A stretch of 64,000 nucleotides of DNA. It comes from Acidimicrobiales bacterium (lineage in GTDB: Bacteria; Actinomycetota; Acidimicrobiia; Acidimicrobiales; Bin134). The stretch spans positions 1,536,151 through 1,600,150 of the forward strand of contig OZ246892.1 of assembly GCA_965231915.1 (NCBI GenBank), given 5' to 3'. Under the pieces are notes generated by a model. That model made no database searches. It saw only the letters and a program-made list of their open reading frames with translations, and was not told the origin of the DNA. Shown in pieces: positions 35,092 through 43,555 of this stretch. Each line of letters opens with the position of its first letter. Position 1 is the stretch's first letter. Made by a program: the position numbers and the translations under genes.

Positions 35092-36153
35092 ATGGATGAG
35101 CAGAAGACGACTGAGGTGCCGACAGCCTGGTTGGTTCGCGCCGGCAAGACCGGCGAGGACGAAGAATCTGCTCTTGAGACGGGTCGCCTGCTAATTGGAT
35201 TCAATCACGTTTCTGACCTGACTGAGGCCACTTCTCGCGGCGCGGTGAGAGACATTGTCCAAGCCTCCGTTCCTGAAGACGCCCCAGTTGCCAGGGTCTC
35301 AAATTGGACTGGTCAGTTATGGGCACTGCGTCGCGTCAAGCAGGGCGATCTAGCTGTCCTCCCTCTAAAGACGACATCTCAGATTGCTCTAGGCATTGTC
35401 GAAGATGATTACAAGTTCATCACCGATGAAGATGGACGCAAGCGGCACTCGATTTTCATCAATTGGCAGCGAACAGATGTCCCACGAACAGCTGTGCGAC
35501 AGGATCTCCTGCATTCTCTCGGTGCCGTCCAAACGGTGTGCCAGATAAAGCGCAATGACGGGGCTTGGCGCTTGCAAAGGCTCATGGAGACAGGAGTGGA
35601 CCCCGGTGCACGAGTCGAAGCAGCAGGAACCCCGGTTGAAGAGGATATGGATGTTCTCGACACGTCCGAATCAACTCTTGACCTTGAACGGATCGGACGC
35701 GATCAGATACAGGCGTTTGTCGCCGAAAAGTTCGCTGGTCACGGTCTTGAGAGGCTCGTTGCCGCTGTCCTATCCGCTGAAGGGTTTTTCACTCAAGAAG
35801 CCCCTCGGGGAGCTGACGGAGGTATCGACATCTTCGCCGGTAGAGGCTCGCTGGGGTTCGACAGTCCTCGTCTGATCGTCCAGGTGAAGTCGAGCCCAAC
35901 GCCAGTCGACGCGGGAGTCGTCCGGGAGTTGCACGGGGTTTTAAGCACTCACGGCGCTGATCAGGCATTGCTCGTTGCTTGGGGAGGCGTCAACAAGGTA
36001 GCTCGCCAAGAGCTCCGCAATCAGTTTTTCCGTGTCCGAGTGTGGGATTCCGAAGACCTCCTTAATGCCGTCCTCCGCAATTACGAGAAGTTCAGGGAAG
36101 AACTCCGCGCCGACCTCCCGCTAAAGCGACTTTGGTCCCTCGTAGAGGAGTAA
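35092..36153 (+). CDS. Mrr-like restriction endonuclease (Mrr_cat C-terminal domain)
   Basis: The C-terminus GADGGIDIFAGRGSLGFDSPRLIVQVKSS...ALLVAWGG matches the Mrr catalytic D-(D/E)xK core. The N-terminal ~170 aa (TAWLVRAGKTGEDE...) resemble the usual N-domain of this family. ATG 35092 lies 5 nt after the upstream stop. GC is visibly lower here. Confidence 0.8.
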   Translation: MDEQKTTEVPTAWLVRAGKTGEDEESALETGRLLIGFNHVSDLTEATSRGAVRDIVQASVPEDAPVARVSNWTGQLWALRRVKQGDLAVLPLKTTSQIALGIVEDDYKFITDEDGRKRHSIFINWQRTDVPRTAVRQDLLHSLGAVQTVCQIKRNDGAWRLQRLMETGVDPGARVEAAGTPVEEDMDVLDTSESTLDLERIGRDQIQAFVAEKFAGHGLERLVAAVLSAEGFFTQEAPRGADGGIDIFAGRGSLGFDSPRLIVQVKSSPTPVDAGVVRELHGVLSTHGADQALLVAWGGVNKVARQELRNQFFRVRVWDSEDLLNAVLRNYEKFREELRADLPLKRLWSLVEE

Positions 36154-36582
36154 TTCAGATCGGGGTGCCTCTCGGCTGTGTAGCGCTCCACATCCTGAAT
36201 GCAGCTTCGAAAGAGCTACTGGGTGGCTGGCAGCCATCCGGCTGGTGCTTGAAGGGCGATGCCATCAGGCGTGATCACGGGGTCGGGGAAACGACCGCGC
36301 CCTGTGGATAGGATAGGGATAACCCCGCCGGGGTGAGCAGCCCCGGCCCGACGGCCCCGACTTCGGTCTGGGCTGTTTCGCGCTGGGAAGATTGCCAATC
36401 AGAGGTCTTCGATGATGGCGAAGAACGCGTCCTCTTCCTCGAGGGTCAAGTCCCCGATGGCGAACTGACTCGGATCGCCCATCGGCTCTAAATCGCTGAT
36501 GATCTCTGTGACCGCTGTCGGGAGAGGCACGAATACTCCTGCAATGAAATTCCTGGATCGCGTTCCGGGCAGTTCCTGGCGC

Positions 36583-36613
36583 AAAAAAGGGACCCCGTGA
36601 GTTCCGGGGTCCC
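36583..36613 (-). terminator. rho-independent terminator (minus strand)
   Basis: On the minus strand: GGGACCCCG-GAACTCA-CGGGGTCCC followed by TTTTTTG. That is a 9-bp GC stem, a 7-nt loop and a U-tract. Confidence 0.7.
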
Positions 36614-36911
36614 GTCGTCTCGGTATGTCGGCTGCATTCGGCTTACGCCTACTAGCCGGACCGCAGGCAATAGTCACTGTACCGATGCCGCTACGGGGAT
36701 GTCAACGGTTTTTTAGATCACAGTGATCCTGTTGGTGTAGGGCCTACGTGCGTAGGTGGCGGCGTTTATGTCCTGAGGCAGTGTGCGACTAGCGCTTGGA
36801 GCTGAAGCGGTGCGGTGGTGTCGAGGGCCATAGGGTGATACATCCTGCGTTTGCGGATGCTGGCCGTGTAGACGGTGCAGTCGAACTGGCCCACAATGCG
36901 CTTGGGCGGGA

Positions 36912-37350
36912 TCATGCTGGGGTCCATAGGGCGTCGAGGGGCAGGAGGGTGAGGCGGTCGCCGAGGCTGATTCTGGTGGGTCCGGTGTTAAGGACGAAAC
37001 CGTGGGCGAAGTCGGTGCCGAAGCGGTCGAGGCGGTCTCGGAGCCAGATGAGCCATCGGGCGGCATCGGGGCCGGGGGAGATCGCGGCCTTTACTTCGAT
37101 GGCCACGATGCGCCCATCGGGGGCTTCCAGGATGAGGTCTATCTCCGCACCGCTTCGGTCTCGGAAGTAGTGGAGCCGAGTTCCGCTGTCGTCCCACGTC
37201 AGCTACTTTGCGATCTCGTTGGCTGCAAATGTCTCCACCAGCCCGCCGACCGACGTGTCTGCTGGCCGGGCCAGCGCAGCGGGACGATTGCATCGGCACG
37301 GCGGATATCGCCCATCTCGACGATGTCGCGCTGGGCAACGGTTTGCAGAA
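36912..37350 (-). pseudogene. decayed AAA-ATPase/DUF4143-family gene (C-terminal part only, with an in-frame stop and a frameshift)
   Basis: The C-terminus reads ...TWDDSGTRLHYFRDRSGAEIDLILEAPDGRIVAIEVKAAISPGPDAARWLIWLRDRLDRFGTDFAHGFVLNTGPTRISLGDRLTLLPLDALW. It is preceded by VETFAANEIAK-TAG-LTW (a nonsense codon) and an out-of-frame LQTVAQRDIVEMGDIRRADAIVPL segment. The P-loop N-terminus is missing. Confidence 0.65.
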
Positions 37351-37514
37351 TCTATGCTAATGAACTTTTTGTCCAAGAAGTAATGCTGTTTTCGTCTGCC
37401 ACCTGATGCGTGTTTTGTCCCAGTGCCGTTGAGTCTAGTTTCGTGCATGGCGGCGGCTGTGTCTTGAGGCAGTGCGTGGACGGCAGTAACGGTGTCTCAC
37501 TGAGCGGCTCTTTC

Positions 37515-37919
37515 CTATGTCTCCTTGTTCTCGGTGCCTAGAGTGAGAGCGCGGAGCTCGCGGGCGATGGTGTCGATTTCCAGGTGTTCTGTGGCAACGC
37601 GGAGCACCAAATCCACAGCGTCAGATGACGTGATGTGGCTGGTTGAGTATCCAACTCGGGTGAGAAAAGCCGTTGCTGCGAGCCAACCCAGTCGTTTGTT
37701 GCCGTCAACTAGTGGGTGGTTTGAAACGATTGTTCTGAGCAGCACAGCGGCCTTGTCCCAGGGACTGGGGTAGGCGTCTTCACCGAAAACCGTGACATAG
37801 GGCTGGGCAGCCGCGGACTCCAAGAGGCCGATTTCACGTATCGGTAACGGTGATCCAAAGTACTCCTCGGCGATGGCCAGCAGTTTCGGGAGGTTGAGGG
37901 GGCCGGGTGGGTTGGTCAT
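37515..37919 (-). CDS. doc: Fic/Doc-family toxin (death-on-curing)
   Basis: Contains the Fic motif HPLVDGNKRLG. ATG 37919 overlaps the antitoxin stop (ATGA). The track ORF extends to 37982. Confidence 0.9.
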   Translation of the reverse strand: MTNPPGPLNLPKLLAIAEEYFGSPLPIREIGLLESAAAQPYVTVFGEDAYPSPWDKAAVLLRTIVSNHPLVDGNKRLGWLAATAFLTRVGYSTSHITSSDAVDLVLRVATEHLEIDTIARELRALTLGTENKET

Positions 37920-38116
37920 TCTCCAAGGAGTCGCAGGGTCTCCGCGTGGTCGGCAACATTTTGACGAGCGGCCGCACGCCATTGCTCCAAGTCTTGCTGC
38001 TCGACGAAGGCTTCGATGGCTAGGCGAGCTGTCTCATCCACGGTACACCCGGCTTGCTGGGCGGCGGCCCGCAACGCCGCTTCACAGTCAGGGCTGAGGT
38101 CAAGTTCCACGACCAT
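37916..38116 (-). CDS. phd: Phd-type / RHH-like antitoxin of Doc
   Basis: A 66-aa acidic protein directly upstream of doc and overlapping it. Confidence 0.7.
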   Translation of the reverse strand: MVVELDLSPDCEAALRAAAQQAGCTVDETARLAIEAFVEQQDLEQWRAAARQNVADHAETLRLLGE

Positions 38117-38201
38117 GCGACAACTCTACTGGTAGACCCTTTGTTTCGGCAGGCCCATTTCGCCAGGGGATTTGTCATGGGGCGCGCCTACTGTGGGGGG
38201 C

Positions 38202-39914
38202 ATGTTTGATTTGGTGATTCGGGGCGGCACGGTGGTGGATGGGACTGGGGCTGCTCCTGTTGCGGCTGATGTGGCCATTTCTGGGGGGCGGATTGCAGCG
38301 ATCGGGCAGGTGGACGGGGCAGCGGTCCGGACGGTGGATGCCGACGGTCTAGTGGTGGCGCCGGGGTTCATTGATCCCCATACTCACTACGACGCCCAAT
38401 TGTTCTGGGACCCGGCGGCCACACCGTCGCCGATGCACGGCGTGACCACCGTGCTGGGGGGCAACTGCGGGTTCTCTCTGGCTCCGGTGAATCCCGACGA
38501 CGCCCGATACCTGCAAGAGATGATGGCCATGGTGGAGGGGATGCCCCTGCCGGCGCTGGAGCAGGGATTGCCGTGGGACTGGGAGACGTTCGGAGAGTTC
38601 CTAGACCGCCTCGACGGCCGCACCGCGGTCAACGCGGGATTCCTGGTGGGCCACTCGGCCCTGCGCCGCTACGTGATGGGGTCCGACGCCGATCAGCCCG
38701 CCAGCCCTGGTCAACTCGACCAGATGGTGCAAGCCCTCCATGACGGTCTGAACGCCGGCGGCATGGGGTTCTCCACTTCGTTGGCCTACACCCATTGGGA
38801 CGGCGACAACCAGCCGGTACCCAGCCGGTTCTCCTCCACCGAAGAGGTGCTGGTCTTGTCTGGGGCAGTGTCCGATCACCCCGGCACCTGGCTGGAGTTC
38901 ATCACCTCGGGCTGCCTCAGCATGTTCAGCGACGAGGAGATCGAGCTTATGAGCCAGATGTCGGCTCGGGCTCGGCGGCCCTTGAACTGGAACGTGTTGA
39001 CGGTGAGCGCCGACACCAAAGACCGGACCAACCACCAACTCGGGGCAGCCGATGCCGCTGCTGAGGTGGGCGGGCGAATCGTGGCGTTGTCGATGCCCAC
39101 CATCGGCGGGTTGAAGCTGTGCTTTGCCACCTATTGCCCTCTGTACAACATGCCGGGGTGGAAGGACACCATGAACCTTCCCCACGAAGAGAAAATGGCC
39201 GCGCTGGCCGACCCGGAGAAGCGGCGGTGGCTCAACGAACAGGCCCAGACCGGCAGCGGTGGCTTCTACCACATGGCCCAGTGGGAGAACATGGAGATCG
39301 GCACCACTTTTGCCCCGGAAAACGACGGGCTTACCGGGCGGCAAGTGGGCGACATCGCCGCTGAGCGGGGTCAGGAACCGTTCGACACCCTGTGCGACAT
39401 CGTGCTCGCCGACGACCTGCGCACCGACCTGTGGCCTATCAACGCCGACGATTCCGCCGAGAGCTGGGCCCATCGGACCGAGCACTGGCGGGATCCCCGA
39501 GTGATCGTGGGGGGCTCCGACGCTGGTGCCCATCTCGACCGCATGTGCGGCACCCGATACTTCACCATCATTTTGGGCGACATCGTGCGCAATCGGGGGC
39601 TGCTTCCGCTAGAGGAGGCAATACGGCTGATGACCGACGTGCCCGCCCGCCTGTTTGGCTTGAAGGACCGAGGCCGGGTAGCCGAAGGGTGGCACGCCGA
39701 TCTGGTGGTATTCGATCCGTCTACCGTGGCATCTGATCCTATTGAGGCCCGCACCGATCTGCCCGGCGACTGCATGCGCTTGTTCGCCGGCGCCCAGGGC
39801 GTCCGCCGGGTGCTGGTGGGGGGTACCGAGATCGTGGTCGACGGGCAGGTGACCGGGGCCACCCCGGGAACCATTCTGCGTTCCGGTCGCGACACCGAGA
39901 CCGTCCTTCCCTAG
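38202..39914 (+). CDS. N-acyl-D-amino-acid deacylase (D-aminoacylase) family amidohydrolase, copy 2
   Basis: Contains MFDLVIRGGTVVDGTG and APGFIDPHTHYD. The C-terminus is GATPGTILRSGRDTETVLP. It is colinear with copy 1 over its full length. Confidence 0.85.
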   Translation: MFDLVIRGGTVVDGTGAAPVAADVAISGGRIAAIGQVDGAAVRTVDADGLVVAPGFIDPHTHYDAQLFWDPAATPSPMHGVTTVLGGNCGFSLAPVNPDDARYLQEMMAMVEGMPLPALEQGLPWDWETFGEFLDRLDGRTAVNAGFLVGHSALRRYVMGSDADQPASPGQLDQMVQALHDGLNAGGMGFSTSLAYTHWDGDNQPVPSRFSSTEEVLVLSGAVSDHPGTWLEFITSGCLSMFSDEEIELMSQMSARARRPLNWNVLTVSADTKDRTNHQLGAADAAAEVGGRIVALSMPTIGGLKLCFATYCPLYNMPGWKDTMNLPHEEKMAALADPEKRRWLNEQAQTGSGGFYHMAQWENMEIGTTFAPENDGLTGRQVGDIAAERGQEPFDTLCDIVLADDLRTDLWPINADDSAESWAHRTEHWRDPRVIVGGSDAGAHLDRMCGTRYFTIILGDIVRNRGLLPLEEAIRLMTDVPARLFGLKDRGRVAEGWHADLVVFDPSTVASDPIEARTDLPGDCMRLFAGAQGVRRVLVGGTEIVVDGQVTGATPGTILRSGRDTETVLP

Positions 39915-39922
39915 CAGAGCCG

Positions 39923-39966
39923 TTCCGCCCCCGACCGCAAAGGGGGTGACGCGGCCGGGGGCGGAA
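39923..39966. terminator. GC-rich hairpin between convergent genes (bidirectional terminator candidate)
   Basis: A perfect 11-bp inverted repeat, TTCCGCCCCCG (39923..39933) and CGGGGGCGGAA (39956..39966), with a 22-nt spacer. Confidence 0.5.
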
Positions 39967-39980
39967 GACCTGGGGTGGGG

Positions 39981-40196
39981 TTAGGCGGCGAAGTGCTCGT
40001 CTTCCGAGCGGTAGTGCTCAGCCAGGCCGCTGAGAGCAGGGTGGCAAAGCTCTGAAGGCCTGAAGCGGACTGATCCGCCGATGTTGTAGGCGGGCACGAG
40101 GCCGTCGTTGATGCCTCGCAGCAAGTTCTGCAGTTCAACGCCCAGCAGCCGGCAAGCGGCGGCTGGCCCGATGAGGTTTTCCACAGGGTGGTTCAT
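39981..40196 (-). CDS. excisionase-family (MerR-like HTH_17) DNA-binding protein
   Basis: LIGPAAACRLLGVELQNLLRGINDGLVPAYNIGGSVRFRPSEL fits the Xis/HTH_17 pattern. A strong RBS (AAGGAGA) lies 6 nt upstream of ATG 40196. Confidence 0.7.
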   Translation of the reverse strand: MNHPVENLIGPAAACRLLGVELQNLLRGINDGLVPAYNIGGSVRFRPSELCHPALSGLAEHYRSEDEHFAA

Positions 40197-40425
40197 TGTT
40201 TGTCTCCTTTTCTTTGCATTGCCTCAGACGCTGAACACGGCCAAGACCCAATTGGAGCGGCAATTTTTGCAATCCAAATTGTCAAATGACTCCCACCGGG
40301 ACGGATTTTGGTGTGGGAACTTGCCGTTTTCGTCCTTTTGGTTCCAATTTCCCGGTATCAGCAAGGCTCCGAACTTGCATCTGACCTGGGATTTTGCCTG
40401 GTTGGGTCGAACGCGGCGGAAAAGG

Positions 40426-40471
40426 TTGCGAAAATTCAGATTTTTTGTTGAAAATCACAGAATTTTCGCAA
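40426..40471. promoter_or_regulatory. nested AT-rich palindrome (terminator and/or operator candidate)
   Basis: A perfect 12-bp inverted repeat, TTGCGAAAATTC (40426..40437) and GAATTTTCGCAA (40460..40471), encloses an inner GATTTT/AAAATC repeat (40439..40456). On the minus strand it lies ~40 nt after the LLM stop and is followed by CCTTTTCC. Confidence 0.45.
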
Positions 40472-40510
40472 AATCAACAGAAATGGGACAGCAAGTGTCG
40501 CGCCGAGTAC

Positions 40511-41404
40511 TCAGAATCGAGAGATCACTTCGGCCCCAAAGCGGTCTAACACGGCCTGGGAGGAGGCCAAATCGGGCTCATGAATGCTGTAAATCATGCG
40601 AGTTGCCCCCAGGTCACTCAGGAACAGGGCATCGTCGAGAGTGGCACCGAAACCCTGAAGTTCGCAGGCTCCCGCCCGTCCGGCATCGGCAGCCTGGCGC
40701 TGCACTTCGGCCCAAATGACAGGCCACTGGTCCCGATTCTGCGAGGCGGAGAAGGCGGGCAGAAAGGCATCGCCTCGTTGTCCGGCCCGACGCAGCGCCG
40801 GCGGGGAATGGCCCCCCACGATGATGGGGATGCCATCGGGCTGGCGGGGGAAGGTGGTGAGCTGAATGTTGTGGAACGAAATGGTCGGCCCCGCAAAGCT
40901 GGCCACCCGGTTTCCCCACAGTTCTCGCATTACGTCGATGTACTCGTCGGTGCGGGCGCCACGGTCGGCGAACGAATAGCCCAGGGCGTCGAACTCGTCG
41001 GCCAGCCATCCCGCGCCGATACCCAACTCAGCTCGACCTCCCGACAACACGTCGATGGTGGCGAGCTGTTTGGCCAGCAGCATCGGGTGGCGCTGGGGCA
41101 ATACCAAGACTGCGGTTCCGAACCGCAGAAACTCGGTGACCCCGGCCAAAAAGGCCATCAGCGCCAGCGGCTCGGGAAGCTGGGTGTGCTCGTTGTCCCA
41201 CGGATACTCACCCGACTGGGCGTAGGGGTACGGCGCTTGTTTGGCGGCGGGAAACACGATGTGGTCGGCGAAGAACAGCGAATCACACCCCACCTCCTCA
41301 GCGTGCCGGGCAAACCCCGCCAAGAACTCCGGATCGGCTATCGGCGCCGCCGGAGGCCCCGACAACCCTGTCGCACTGCCAATGAGATACAGCCCGAACT
41401 TCAT
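40511..41404 (-). CDS. LLM-class F420-dependent oxidoreductase
   Basis: Starts MKFGLYLIG, with SLFFADHIVF and GGRAELGIGAGW motifs. The start was taken at ATG 41404; the track ORF extends to 41461. Confidence 0.85.
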   Translation of the reverse strand: MKFGLYLIGSATGLSGPPAAPIADPEFLAGFARHAEEVGCDSLFFADHIVFPAAKQAPYPYAQSGEYPWDNEHTQLPEPLALMAFLAGVTEFLRFGTAVLVLPQRHPMLLAKQLATIDVLSGGRAELGIGAGWLADEFDALGYSFADRGARTDEYIDVMRELWGNRVASFAGPTISFHNIQLTTFPRQPDGIPIIVGGHSPPALRRAGQRGDAFLPAFSASQNRDQWPVIWAEVQRQAADAGRAGACELQGFGATLDDALFLSDLGATRMIYSIHEPDLASSQAVLDRFGAEVISRF

Positions 41405-41449
41405 TCCCGTAGCCTCCCACGGCTGGTCCACCCCTACCCTGGTGGGGCC

Positions 41450-43555
41450 ATGTCCGCTCATCCATCACTTGGTGATTTCATGCCCGATGCGGGCGATCCC
41501 GATGAGCTGCTGGGAGCCTTCTGCGACTGGGCCGAGGCCGCGGAACTGGAGCTGTACCCCCATCAGGAAGAGGCGGTGCTTCGGCTGCTGGCGGGTGACA
41601 ACGTGGTTCTGGCCACGCCCACCGGCTCGGGCAAGTCGCTGGTGGCGCTGGCCGGGGCGTTTGCGGCGCTGGCCCAAGGGCGCCGGACGGTGTACACCGC
41701 GCCGATCAAAGCGCTTGTCAGCGAGAAGTTCTTTGAGCTGGTAGCGGCTTTCGGAGCCGAGAGAGTGGGGATGGTCACCGGCGACGCTGTTGTGAACGGG
41801 AATGCGCCGGTGATTGCCTGCACGGCCGAGATCCTGGCCCAGCGGGCCCTGCACTCTGGTAGCGAGGCCGACGCCGACCTCGTGGTGATGGATGAGTTCC
41901 ACTATTACGGAGATCGGGATCGGGGCTGGGCCTGGCAAGTGCCGCTGCTTGAGCTGAGCCGCCCCCAGTTCCTGTTGATGTCGGCCACTCTGGGCGACAC
42001 CACCGCCCTTCGCCGGGACCTCAGCCAGCGCAATGGACGGCCTACCGCGCTGGTGGCCTCAGCCCAGCGGCCGGTGCCGCTGGATGTGGAGTACCGGGAG
42101 ACGGCGCTTCACGTGTCCATTGCTGAGTTATTAGCCGCCGACAAGGCGCCGGTGTACATCGTCCACTTCACCCAGCGGGAGGCCACAGCACAGGCCCAGA
42201 GCCTCACCAGCCTTGACGTGTTGGGCCCCCACGCCAAGGCGGACGTGAAGGAGGCGATCGGCGGTTTCCGGTTCGATACCCCGTTCGGCAAGGACTTGCG
42301 CCGTTTCGTGCTGGCCGGGGTGGGAGTACACCACGCCGGGCTGCTGCCCAAGTACCGGCTGCTGGTGGAGAAGCTGGCCCAGCAGGGGCATCTCAAGCTG
42401 ATCTGCGGCACCGACACCCTGGGCGTGGGGGTGAACGTGCCCATCCGCACCGTTTTGTTCACCCGCCTGTACAAATACGACGGGCGCCGTACCCGGGTGC
42501 TGTCGGTGCGGGACTTCCAGCAGATCGCGGGGCGGGCCGGACGGCGAGGGTTCGACACCGAGGGCAGCGTGTGGGTGCAGGCCCCCGAGCATGTGATCGA
42601 GAACCGCCGGGCCGAGGCCAAGGCCGCTTCCGACCCGATCAAGCGCCGCAAGCTGAAGAAGAAGAAGCCGCCTGACCACAATTACGCCCACTACGACGGC
42701 GACACCCTCAACCGACTGTGGCACGGCCAACCTGAGACCTTGGAGTCGAGCTTCGCAGTCACCCACTCCATGATGCTCAATGTGCTCGACCGACCCGGCG
42801 ACGGGTGTGCGGCCATGAAGCGCCTCTTGACCGACAACCACGAGCCCCGCGCCCGCCAGAGAGTCCACATACGCCGGGCGGTGGGGGTGTTCCGATCGCT
42901 GATCGACGCCGAGATCGTGGAAGTGCTTGATGCCCCCGATGGGCCGGGGCGCCCGGTGCGGGTGAACCTCGACCTGCAAGACGAGTTCCGGCTCAACCAG
43001 CCGCTCGGGCTGTTCGCGGTGGAGGCGCTGGACGCGCTCGACATGGAGGTGTCCGACTATCACTGGCAGGCACTCAGCGTGGTGGAGTCGGTTCTGGAAG
43101 ACCCATCGGTGGTGCTGCTCGCCCAGCGGGACAAGCTCCGCGACGATCTCATGGCCCAGCTCAAGGCCGAGCGGGTGCCCTACGAAGAGCGCTTGGAGCG
43201 GCTGTCGGAGGTCACCTGGCCCCGCCCCGAGGCCGAGTTCATCGATCCGGCCTTCGCGGTGTTCGCCCGCTACCACCCCTGGGTGGGCCACGACCGTCCC
43301 AGCCCCAAGTCGGTGGCCCGCGACCTCATGGAGGTCGGCGACACCTTCAACCAGTACGTCTCCCGCTACGGCATCAAACGCTCCGAGGGCGCGCTATTGC
43401 GCTACTTGTCCGACTGCTACAAGGCCCTGGTCCAGACCATCCCGGCCGCTGCCGTCAACGACGCCCTCGCCACCCTCACCGCCGAGCTCCGCACCCTGCT
43501 CCGCACCACCGACTCCAGCCTCCTCGACGAATGGGAAAGCCTGCGCCAGGGATGA
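41450..43555 (+). CDS. DEAD/DEAH-box (Ski2-like) helicase with a DUF3516-like C-terminal region
   Basis: Contains YPHQEEAV, Walker A LATPTGSGKSLVA, VMDEFHYY (DExH) and HHAGLLPKY. Track ORF 40580..43555 has a 290-aa spurious N-terminal extension antisense to the LLM gene. Confidence 0.85.
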   Translation: MSAHPSLGDFMPDAGDPDELLGAFCDWAEAAELELYPHQEEAVLRLLAGDNVVLATPTGSGKSLVALAGAFAALAQGRRTVYTAPIKALVSEKFFELVAAFGAERVGMVTGDAVVNGNAPVIACTAEILAQRALHSGSEADADLVVMDEFHYYGDRDRGWAWQVPLLELSRPQFLLMSATLGDTTALRRDLSQRNGRPTALVASAQRPVPLDVEYRETALHVSIAELLAADKAPVYIVHFTQREATAQAQSLTSLDVLGPHAKADVKEAIGGFRFDTPFGKDLRRFVLAGVGVHHAGLLPKYRLLVEKLAQQGHLKLICGTDTLGVGVNVPIRTVLFTRLYKYDGRRTRVLSVRDFQQIAGRAGRRGFDTEGSVWVQAPEHVIENRRAEAKAASDPIKRRKLKKKKPPDHNYAHYDGDTLNRLWHGQPETLESSFAVTHSMMLNVLDRPGDGCAAMKRLLTDNHEPRARQRVHIRRAVGVFRSLIDAEIVEVLDAPDGPGRPVRVNLDLQDEFRLNQPLGLFAVEALDALDMEVSDYHWQALSVVESVLEDPSVVLLAQRDKLRDDLMAQLKAERVPYEERLERLSEVTWPRPEAEFIDPAFAVFARYHPWVGHDRPSPKSVARDLMEVGDTFNQYVSRYGIKRSEGALLRYLSDCYKALVQTIPAAAVNDALATLTAELRTLLRTTDSSLLDEWESLRQG

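Noticed and set aside
36399-36677. A 92-aa minus-strand ORF ending ...MGDPSQFAIGDLTLEEEDAFFAIIEDL.
   Set aside because: Its 5' two-thirds contain the strong rho-independent terminator (36583..36613) and are Arg/Pro-rich. Only the last ~27 codons look protein-like, which is too short to call. It may be a remnant of an antitoxin-like gene.
40340-40395. A CCAGGTCAG-containing segment (minus strand) superficially reminiscent of the SRP/4.5S RNA conserved region.
   Set aside because: The adjacent GGAAG...AGCA helix-8 motif and the flanking pairing are absent. I do not consider it an SRP RNA.
40108-40719. A 203-aa + strand ORF spanning the AT-rich intergenic region.
   Set aside because: It overlaps two well-supported minus-strand genes at both ends. 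Its middle is low-complexity (Phe/Leu/Arg), and it has no SD.
40580-43555. A 991-aa ORF suggesting a very long helicase.
   Set aside because: The first 290 codons are antisense to the LLM oxidoreductase gene and have a junk-like composition. Helicase homology starts at MSAHPSLGDF (ATG 41450). The same kind of over-extension was trimmed for 34603..36153, 46619..47860, 49361..50533, 50424..52262, 54239..55144 and 55295..56329.
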